A stretch of 24,000 bases of DNA from Aggregatilineales bacterium (lineage in GTDB: Bacteria > Chloroflexota > Anaerolineae > Aggregatilineales > Phototrophicaceae), in assembly GCA_044226645.1 (NCBI GenBank), contig JBGAGR010000023.1, positions 1,409 to 25,408 on the forward strand. Reading direction: 5' to 3'. Below the pieces are notes generated by a model. It had not been told where the DNA came from and made no database searches. It worked only from the letters and a program-made list of their open reading frames with translations. The stretch's first letter is position 1. Every line of letters begins with the position of its first letter. Of this stretch, positions 16,908-23,407 are shown piece after piece. Made by a program: the position numbers and the translations under genes.

Positions 16908-18233
16908 CAAAGAGTTCTGGTCGTAGATAAGAACAGACAGCCGCTCATGCCCTGCTATCCAGCGCGAGCAAGAGAATTGCTGCGAAAAGGGAAGGCAGCG
17001 GTACTGCGTCGTTATCCCTTCACCATCATCATAGATCGTGCAGGTGGGGATACCCAACCCGTAGCTTTCAAGGTTGACCCTGGCAGCCATCAGACTGGGC
17101 TGGCATTGGTCGCCGATTTCAAGCGCGGGAAACGACTGATCTGGGCAGCAGTGTTGGAACATCGTGGTCAGCAAATCAAGAACGCACTGGAAAGTCGCCG
17201 CGTACTGCGCCGCAGTCGCCGCAATCGGCATACGCGCTACCGTCCCGCGCGCTTCAATAATCGTCATACCGATAAGAGACACCTGCCGCCATCGCTTCAA
17301 TCCCGAATTGAGAATATTTGGACGTGGTTTTCTCGCCTCCATAATGCCTGTCTCATTACCTCTTTATCTCAGGAGTTGGTTCGTTTCGATACTCAACTGA
17401 TGCAGAATTCCGAAATCAGCGGTGTAGAATATCAGCAAGGTGAGTTGGTCGGATACGAAGTGCGGGAATACCTGCTGGAAAAATGGGGACGCAAGTGTGC
17501 CTACTGCGGCGCGAAGGATGTTCCTTTGCAAATTGAACATATCACGCCGAAAGCACGCGGCGGTACAAACCGGGTCAGCAACCTGACCATCGCTTGCAAG
17601 CCGTGTAATCAGGCCAAGAACACGCAGACAGCAGCCGAATTTGGACACCCACAGGTACAGGCGAAAGCGAAAATGCCGTTGAAAGATGCAGCGGCGGTTA
17701 ATGCGACCCGTTGGGCACTGTTTCGCCGTCTGGAAATGACTGGTTTGCCACTGGAAATAGGGACAGGCGGACGCACCAAATACAATCGAGTGCAGCAAGG
17801 CTATCCAAAAGAACATTGGATTGACGCAGCTTGTGTGGGAGAAAGCGGAGCAAGCGTGTTGATTGAGCTGAAGCACATCCCTGTGCACATCACGGCGACG
17901 GGTCATGGCTCACGGCAAATATGCCGAACCGATCCATATGGTTTTCCAATTCGCCACCGCTTGCGTCAGAAACGCCATTTTGGTTTTCAAACGGGGGACA
18001 TGGTGAAGGCCAATGTCTCATCCGGCAAATACAGCGGGAAACACAGTGGACGTGTGGCTTGCCGCGCCACCGGACGCTTCGACATCAGGACGACTTGTGG
18101 CAAAGTCACCGTCAGCCACAGGACTTGCAAGATCGTTCACCACTCAGATGGCTATAGCTACCAGAAAGGAAGAACAACGCCTCTGCGAAACGTCCCAGAC
18201 CCAAGGATCGGGGTTTCCGGCGATGTTTATTGA
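16905..18233 (+). CDS. iscB: IscB-family RNA-guided endonuclease (PLMP + split RuvC + HNH; OMEGA system effector)
   Basis: 442-aa ORF with these motifs in IscB order:
- 'NRQPLMPC' PLMP motif (aa 11-17)
- RuvC-I 'FKVDPGSHQTGLA' (D58)
- Arg-rich bridge helix 'RRVLRRSRRNRHTRYRPARFNNR'
- RuvC-II 'SQELVRFD' (E157)
- HNH 'CAYCG...LQIEHITPKARGGTNRVSNLTIACKPCNQAKN' (H212)
- RuvC-III 'KEHWIDAACVG' (H304, D307)
- C-terminal 'GFQTGDMV...GRVACRATGRFDI...HHSDGYSY'
GAGG SD sits 7 nt upstream of the ATG. Confidence 0.85.
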   Translation: MQRVLVVDKNRQPLMPCYPARARELLRKGKAAVLRRYPFTIIIDRAGGDTQPVAFKVDPGSHQTGLALVADFKRGKRLIWAAVLEHRGQQIKNALESRRVLRRSRRNRHTRYRPARFNNRHTDKRHLPPSLQSRIENIWTWFSRLHNACLITSLSQELVRFDTQLMQNSEISGVEYQQGELVGYEVREYLLEKWGRKCAYCGAKDVPLQIEHITPKARGGTNRVSNLTIACKPCNQAKNTQTAAEFGHPQVQAKAKMPLKDAAAVNATRWALFRRLEMTGLPLEIGTGGRTKYNRVQQGYPKEHWIDAACVGESGASVLIELKHIPVHITATGHGSRQICRTDPYGFPIRHRLRQKRHFGFQTGDMVKANVSSGKYSGKHSGRVACRATGRFDIRTTCGKVTVSHRTCKIVHHSDGYSYQKGRTTPLRNVPDPRIGVSGDVY

Positions 18234-20389
18234 TGACTGAATCTACCTCAACTCAACCAACCGAATTATTGCCTGCTTATCTGGATTCTTCCCGTTCCAT
18301 CGCTGAACGTGTGGAGGATCTCCTATCGCGCTTGACACTGGATGAAAAAATCGGGCAGATGTGTAACGTGACTCAGGCGATTCCACGTTTAAACATCCCG
18401 GCCTATGACTACTGGAGTGAGGCGCTGCACGGGGTCGCCGGAAATGGACGTGCAACGGTTTTCCCGCAAGCTATCGGTATGGCTGCAACCTGGGATCCGG
18501 TACTTGTCCAGAAAATCGCTTCAGTAGTCGGTGACGAAGCCCGCGCCAAATATCACGAGGCACTGCGGCGCAAAGGTTCTACAGGGATGTTCCAGGGATT
18601 GACTCTGTGGTCGCCGAATATCAACATTTTTCGTGATCCGCGCTGGGGGCGGGGGCAGGAAACCTGGGGCGAAGATCCATTTTTGACAGGCGAAATGGGC
18701 GCTGCCTATGTGCGCGGGCTTCAAGGCGATCACCCGAAGTATCTCAAAACGGCGGCCTGTGCCAAACACTTCGCAGTACACAGCGGGCCGGAAAAACTGC
18801 GCCACACGTTTAATGCGAAGGTCTCACCTCGTGACCTGAATGCGACTTATCTTCCAGCTTTCAAAAAGCTGGTCATGGAAGCTGGAGTTGAATCTGTCAT
18901 GGGGGCTTATAACCGCACCAATGATGAACCGTGCTGCGGCAGCCCGTTTTTGCTGGTTAAGACGTTACGTGGCGATTGGGCTTTTCAGGGACATGTCGTG
19001 TCAGACTGCGGGGCAGTCACCGATTTTGACCAGGGTCATAAAGTAACCGCTGATGTCGTCGAAAGCGCCGCCTTAGCGCTCAAAGCAGGCTGCGACATGA
19101 GCTGCATATGCGCTTATGAACATCTGGGAGAAGCAATTGATCGTGGGCTGATTACGGAAGCGGATATTGATCGTTCACTGGGGCGTACTCTCACGACTCG
19201 TTTTAAGCTCGGTATGTTTGATCCGCCTGAAGATGTTCCCTATACAGCGATTCCCATGAGTGTCGTCGGCAGTTCTGACCATCGTCAGTTGGCTTACGAA
19301 GCTGCTGTAAAGTCGGTTGTGCTGCTGAAAAACAAGGACAATATCCTGCCGATCCGTGAAGAAAATCAGAAAATTATGCTGGTCGGCCCGAATGCTGCGA
19401 GTATCGAGGTGCTGCTGGGCAATTACAACGGCCTGAATGATTCACTGATGACCTTTATGGAAGGTATTGTCGCACGTATACCAGAAGGCAACGAACTGCG
19501 CTACCATCCCGGAAGCCTGCTCAACCAGCCTGCTGAAGCACCAGAGTGGTTGTTGAGCGGTTCATCGAGCTTTGACGTGACCATCGCTTGTATGGGGATC
19601 ACGCCATCGATGGAAGGAGAGGAAGGTCATGCGCTCCTTTCCGCCGAGCAAGGTGATCGTGCGGAAATCACCCTGCCACCCGCGCAGGCCGAACATCTCA
19701 GGAAACTGGCGCAGAATGGTGCTAAAGTGGTGCTGGTGCTTACCGGCGGCAGTCCCATTGCCCTGGGCGACCTGGAAGACCTCATGCAGGCGATTGTGTA
19801 TGTCTGGTATCCCGGTCAGGAAGGTGGCAGAGCAGTCGCCGATGTGCTGTTCGGTGATGTGGCTCCTTCCGGCAAACTACCACTGACATTCCCGAAATCG
19901 GTGGAGCAGCTTCCGCCCTTTGAAGATTACGATATGACCGGGCGAACTTACCGCTATGCGACACAAGAACCGCTTTTCCCATTTGGCTTTGGCCTGAGCT
20001 ACACCCGCTTCACCTACAGCGATCTGAAGCTGGACAGGACTACCATCCGGGCGGGAGAATCGCTGTCACTTCACTACACCCTGACCAACAGCGGTGCAGT
20101 GGAAGCGGAAGAAGTCGCCCAGGTTTACCTGACTGATCTGCAAGCCTCAACAGTTGTGCCCCTGCACAGCCTAATCGGTTTCCAACGAGTCCATCTCAAA
20201 TCTGGAGAGCGAACCGTCCTTACCTTCACCATAACCCCTGAGATGATGAAACTGGTGAATGATGCCGGAGATCGCGTGCTGGAACCCGGCGAGTTCCGGG
20301 TAACAGTTGGGAGCTGCTCGCCGGGTGAGCGTGGCGCGCGGCTGGGCGCTTCTACGCCCCTCAGCATGACCTTCACAGTTGCCACGTAG
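18233..20389 (+). CDS. glycoside hydrolase family 3 beta-glucosidase / beta-xylosidase (BglX/Xyl3-like with Fn3-like C-terminal domain)
   Basis: 'LTLDEKIGQM', 'YWSEALHGV', 'RDPRWGRGQETWGEDP', 'GHVVSDCGAV' (nucleophile-Asp region) and 'PLFPFGFGLSYTRF'. I prefer the ATG at 18233, which overlaps the iscB TGA as TGATG. The track start is TTG at 18230. No SD is visible. Confidence 0.85.
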   Translation: MTESTSTQPTELLPAYLDSSRSIAERVEDLLSRLTLDEKIGQMCNVTQAIPRLNIPAYDYWSEALHGVAGNGRATVFPQAIGMAATWDPVLVQKIASVVGDEARAKYHEALRRKGSTGMFQGLTLWSPNINIFRDPRWGRGQETWGEDPFLTGEMGAAYVRGLQGDHPKYLKTAACAKHFAVHSGPEKLRHTFNAKVSPRDLNATYLPAFKKLVMEAGVESVMGAYNRTNDEPCCGSPFLLVKTLRGDWAFQGHVVSDCGAVTDFDQGHKVTADVVESAALALKAGCDMSCICAYEHLGEAIDRGLITEADIDRSLGRTLTTRFKLGMFDPPEDVPYTAIPMSVVGSSDHRQLAYEAAVKSVVLLKNKDNILPIREENQKIMLVGPNAASIEVLLGNYNGLNDSLMTFMEGIVARIPEGNELRYHPGSLLNQPAEAPEWLLSGSSSFDVTIACMGITPSMEGEEGHALLSAEQGDRAEITLPPAQAEHLRKLAQNGAKVVLVLTGGSPIALGDLEDLMQAIVYVWYPGQEGGRAVADVLFGDVAPSGKLPLTFPKSVEQLPPFEDYDMTGRTYRYATQEPLFPFGFGLSYTRFTYSDLKLDRTTIRAGESLSLHYTLTNSGAVEAEEVAQVYLTDLQASTVVPLHSLIGFQRVHLKSGERTVLTFTITPEMMKLVNDAGDRVLEPGEFRVTVGSCSPGERGARLGASTPLSMTFTVAT

Positions 20390-20398
20390 AATCTGAAA

Positions 20399-20456
20399 GT
20401 CTTCTACAATCCCCTGTCAACTCAAGAAAAATATCCGTTCAGGGGATTGAGAAGAC
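20399..20456 (+). repeat. long interrupted inverted repeat immediately after the GH3 stop (terminator-like hairpin without a T tract)
   Basis: GTCTTC (20399-404) ta CAATCCCCTG (20407-416), a 23-nt loop, then CAGGGGATTG (20440-449) a GAAGAC (20451-456). That gives 16 paired positions. The 3' flank is GGTATCTCC, not U-rich. Confidence 0.45.
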
Positions 20457-20568
20457 GGTATCTCCACAGCAGAAAATACCCTTATTCCTGTTAATTTGAA
20501 GCGGAGTATATGCCCTTCAACACTTGATTCAAACGCCGACACAATCCTGCCGACGAGTGTTGAATTTC

Positions 20569-20597
20569 TTGACATCTATATATGAAAGTGGTATGTT
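20569..20597 (+). promoter_or_regulatory. strong sigma70-like promoter with an extended -10
   Basis: TTGACA (20569-574), a 17-nt spacer, TG (20589-590), one nt, then TATGTT (20592-597). An operator begins 3 nt downstream. Confidence 0.55.
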
Positions 20598-20599
20598 TT

Positions 20600-20613
20600 T
20601 GCAAACGCTTACA
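20600..20613. promoter_or_regulatory. LacI-type operator TGCAAACGCTTACA (copy 1)
   Basis: It fits the LacI/GalR-family pattern TGnAAnCGnTTnCA and overlaps the predicted transcription start. It is part of a 19-nt exact repeat, TTTTTGCAAACGCTTACAA (20596-20614 = 20672-20690). Confidence 0.6.
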
Positions 20614-20642
20614 AAGAATCTGTATACTAACTGTGATGACCT

Positions 20643-20665
20643 GACGGAGAGTTCCGTCGTTTTTT
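20643..20665 (+). terminator. small intrinsic-terminator-like hairpin between the two operators
   Basis: GACGGA (20643-648), loop GAGT, TCCGTC (20653-658), then G and TTTTTT (20660-665). The stem is only 6 bp, so this is weak. Alternatively it lies in the spacer of a second promoter (CTGACG, 18 nt, TAAATA at 20665-670). Confidence 0.35.
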
Positions 20666-20675
20666 AAATATTTTT

Positions 20676-20689
20676 TGCAAACGCTTACA
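20676..20689. promoter_or_regulatory. LacI-type operator TGCAAACGCTTACA (copy 2)
   Basis: Identical 14-mer, 76 bp downstream of copy 1 and about 30 nt upstream of the LacI remnant. Confidence 0.55.
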
Positions 20690-20719
20690 ATTTAATGAAT
20701 CAGGAACACAATCCCCTAA

Positions 20720-20938
20720 AAAAGAAACGTAGCTTCAGGTGTGCCGGGCGCAACAGTACCCCGTGTCCTGAGTGGCTGCGAATTTATCAAGGAAAGCACA
20801 CGTAACCATGTCATGGAAGCGGTGGAAAACTTCGGTTATGTTGCTAATGTACATGTGCGCAGCTTGGCGCGGGGACGTACTCAGATTATCGGGCTGCTCG
20901 TACCAAATTTGGATAACGGTTATGAAGGAAGGGCCTAA
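20720..20938 (+). pseudogene. LacI-family repressor remnant (DNA-binding domain only; start codon lost, truncated after about 70 codons)
   Basis: Frame translation 'KRNVASGVPGATVPRVLSGCEFIKESTRNHVMEAVENFGYVANVHVRSLARGRTQIIGLLVPNLDN' aligns with the HTH and hinge of LacI proteins, then ends 'GYEGRA*'. There is no ATG/GTG/TTG between the in-frame TAA (20717-19) and the internal GTG at 20741. Helix 1 appears to lack 2 residues. The whole sugar-binding domain is absent. Confidence 0.6.
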
Positions 20939-21771
20939 TGCTCCCTCAATGGACACAAAACGATCTATCGGTGAACGGTGTGCGGCTGCACTACTACCGC
21001 ACCGGCCACGGGGATAAACGCCCTCTGGTGTTGGTTCACGGTTTTTCGGATAACGGACTCTGTTGGACACCCATAGCGCGCAATCTTGAATCTGAATATG
21101 ATGTGATCATGCCCGATATGCGCGCCCATGGTCTTTCGGAGCGCGTGCAGGCCGGTCAAAAGGTCGACATGGCTGCCGACCTGGCAGGACTCATCCGTAC
21201 CCTGGAATTGAGCAGCCCGGTTATATGCGGACATTCGATGGGTGCGATGATCGCCTATCAAATTGGAGTGCGTTTCCCTGAATTGCCCAGTGCGCTGGTT
21301 TTGGAAGACCCTCCCTGGTGGTTACCCCAGCCTGTTCAGACCTCGCCGTCGGATGAACCCGCTGAATCGCCCATTGCGAAATGGGCCAAGAGTCTCGCCA
21401 ACCAGACCCTGGATGATCTGCTAGTGCAATACCGCAAAGATCATCTCGATTGGCCTGAAGAACTGCTGTATCCGATGTGTGAGTCCAAAAAGCAACTCGA
21501 TCCTACAATAGTAGATACGATGGTCGATAGGATGCACTCTCAGGAAGTAAATTGGTTGACAACCATCCAAAATATCGCCCATCCCCTATTGCTCTTCGCC
21601 GCCAACCCAGAGCTTGGAGGGATCGTGACCCCGGAAGTCGTCGCGAAAGTTCGCCAGTTAAATCCCAAAGTCACCATCGTCAACATTCCCGATGTGGGGC
21701 ATCTTATCCGATTTGACAAATACACTGCCTTCATGGATGCCTTGTGGGCATTCCTGAAACAGATTGCATAA
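20938..21771 (+). CDS. alpha/beta-fold hydrolase
   Basis: 277-aa ORF with 'LVLVHGFSDNGLCW' (oxyanion HG motif), the 'GHSMGA' nucleophile elbow (GxSxG) and 'DVGHLI' (catalytic His region). GGAAGG SD upstream. Its ATG overlaps the TAA of the LacI remnant (TAATG). Confidence 0.8.
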   Translation: MLPQWTQNDLSVNGVRLHYYRTGHGDKRPLVLVHGFSDNGLCWTPIARNLESEYDVIMPDMRAHGLSERVQAGQKVDMAADLAGLIRTLELSSPVICGHSMGAMIAYQIGVRFPELPSALVLEDPPWWLPQPVQTSPSDEPAESPIAKWAKSLANQTLDDLLVQYRKDHLDWPEELLYPMCESKKQLDPTIVDTMVDRMHSQEVNWLTTIQNIAHPLLLFAANPELGGIVTPEVVAKVRQLNPKVTIVNIPDVGHLIRFDKYTAFMDALWAFLKQIA

Positions 21772-21809
21772 GCCTGTCTCGATCAATATACTCATCTAAC
21801 CAGGGGAAC

Positions 21810-23297
21810 TTAGACATCTGTGGTTTTAAAGTAGAGGCGTTGTTCGACTCCGTTTTCTAAGTAACAAATCTCCATATTTGACTCTGAAAAATCAATCTTG
21901 AGCTGCGCCCATGTGTCAGCGTTGTTCCAGCGAATCACCAGCGACGAATCTGCACATGAAACCAACGAGAAGCTCCCCTGAAATGCTGGATGTTCGTTGC
22001 GGAAGCGGATGAGCTTCAGCAGGTTCTGTACGACCGGACTGGCAACGGCTTCCTGCACTTCATCCCAACTGTAGTAATGACGATTGATCTCTCTGCCAAC
22101 CTGTGTTTCTTCCAATAATTTCATGTCATTTGCGCCTGCCAGCAAGCCTACGTAATAGACCTGTGGGATACCCGGCGCGAAGAATTGAATCGCCCGCGCA
22201 ATCAGATAATCACGATCATTTCTGCCGAGAGCATCATAATACGTGCAGTTGATCTGATATAAATCCAGGTTGGAAGCAGCATGTCCTGTCGCGCTCCGGC
22301 TTTGACCACCACTTTTTTCATGAATAGTCTCGACCAGTGGGCTTAACTCCTCCGATGGAATAAGTCCGGGCAGTGTCGATCCGTCAGCCTCAGTCACAGG
22401 GCCAATATCGATAACGCCAATCCCATCGTGTGTGTCGAGTACCGTCACCGCATTACGTGGGCTGATCTCCAGCCATCCCTTGAGATAGCGTGCGTTTTTA
22501 TTGAAGATGGCATGGAGGATCAGAGGGGGCAGCGCAAAGTCGTAGACACGATCAACCTGACGGGCAATCTCAATCTGTTTACGATAGTGGGCATGGATTT
22601 CCACCAGCACTTCCAACCCAAGCGATCTGGCGTACTGCGTGAGTTCATCGATAAACGCGAAAGTTTCGGGGATCATGAAACAGCTTGTTCCCGGTTTCTT
22701 GATCGCGTATCCTACAGCATCGAGGCGGACTGTCCTGATACCATATTCGTGAAACTTTTCCAGAATGGCCTTCCAGTACGCATCCCCTTGTGGGTTTCGC
22801 ACATTAAGATCAATCTGCTCACTCGTGAAAGTCGTCCACAGGATCGATTTTTGTCCGCTCGATAATGTTATGGGCGTGAACGGCAAACTGGGACGTGGGC
22901 GGTAAATCCGCAGGATATCTCCTTCGGTTGCGCCATCAGGGAATACACTGCCAAACGTTAGGAACATCCCGTTATAAAGCGACTGGTCGCCATTCTTGAG
23001 AAAATCCTGAAACTGGTGCGATTGGCTTGAAATGTGGTTGACAATCAGATCGGCAGTAATATCGAGCATACCACTCAAAGCTGTGATGTTGTCCCATGTC
23101 CCAATGCCTGGATCAACCGTCAAATGATCTATTGGGTCAAATCCCGCATCCGCGCCATCAATTGGGTAAAAAAATGGCAGGATATGAACCCCACCAAAAA
23201 TACCCTTGAGTGGCCCATCGAATAAATGTTGCAAATCTTCCAGATGACCACCGCCCAGACGGTTGGCATAGGTTATCAAATGAACGCAGTTACGCAT
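21810..23297 (-). CDS. sucrose phosphorylase family enzyme (GH13 subfamily 18)
   Basis: 495-aa ORF, colinear with the sucrose phosphorylases I recall. Motifs: 'LITYANRLGG', 'GVHILPFFYPIDGADAGFDPIDH', 'DLIVNHIS', 'YRPRPSLPF', 'RLDAVGY' (nucleophile), 'VEIHAHY' (acid/base), 'LDTHDGIGVIDIG' and 'QFFAPGIPQVYYVGLLAG'. The exact substrate within GH13_18 is not certain. Confidence 0.82.
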   Translation of the reverse strand: MRNCVHLITYANRLGGGHLEDLQHLFDGPLKGIFGGVHILPFFYPIDGADAGFDPIDHLTVDPGIGTWDNITALSGMLDITADLIVNHISSQSHQFQDFLKNGDQSLYNGMFLTFGSVFPDGATEGDILRIYRPRPSLPFTPITLSSGQKSILWTTFTSEQIDLNVRNPQGDAYWKAILEKFHEYGIRTVRLDAVGYAIKKPGTSCFMIPETFAFIDELTQYARSLGLEVLVEIHAHYRKQIEIARQVDRVYDFALPPLILHAIFNKNARYLKGWLEISPRNAVTVLDTHDGIGVIDIGPVTEADGSTLPGLIPSEELSPLVETIHEKSGGQSRSATGHAASNLDLYQINCTYYDALGRNDRDYLIARAIQFFAPGIPQVYYVGLLAGANDMKLLEETQVGREINRHYYSWDEVQEAVASPVVQNLLKLIRFRNEHPAFQGSFSLVSCADSSLVIRWNNADTWAQLKIDFSESNMEICYLENGVEQRLYFKTTDV

Positions 23298-23407
23298 CGA
23301 GAATTCCTTATAGGGTTGGGTGTTTTGTGTTAGTCTTTAATGCCTTTGAATGCTGTGCCGCGAATGAATCGCCTTTTGAGAACATAGGAATCCGATTGAC
23401 TCGCTGT

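Larger units (their letters stand above)
16388..18236 (+). mobile_element. IscB + omega-RNA (OMEGA) element, IS200/IS605-superfamily-like and non-autonomous (no tnpA); boundaries approximate
   Basis: It fills the whole GH29-GH3 interval and carries a nuclease gene plus a structured leader, both unrelated to sugar metabolism. GATGA occurs at both junctions (16383-16387 and 18232-18236). The left boundary could instead lie near 16600. Confidence 0.45.

Noticed and set aside
16902-17906. 146-aa and 180-aa minus-strand ORFs, plus small plus-strand ORFs inside iscB
   Set aside because: They are antisense or out of frame relative to a CDS that has a complete set of IscB motifs. They have no motifs of their own.
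18230-18232. TTG at 18230 as the GH3 start (as in the ORF track)
   Set aside because: The adjacent ATG at 18233 is the more conventional start and gives the TGATG stop/start overlap. The difference is one codon and cannot be settled without N-terminal data.
16388-18300. CRISPR array, tracrRNA, cas1/cas2 or tnpA next to the RuvC-HNH gene
   Set aside because: I looked for regularly spaced 25-40 bp direct repeats and for adaptation or transposase ORFs on both sides and found none. The protein is therefore treated as stand-alone IscB, not a miniature Cas9, and the element as non-autonomous.
20735-21261. 111-aa and 98-aa minus-strand ORFs and an 81-aa plus-strand ORF over the LacI remnant / hydrolase start
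   Set aside because: They overlap the better-supported LacI-like frame and the alpha/beta-hydrolase CDS and have no motifs or SD.
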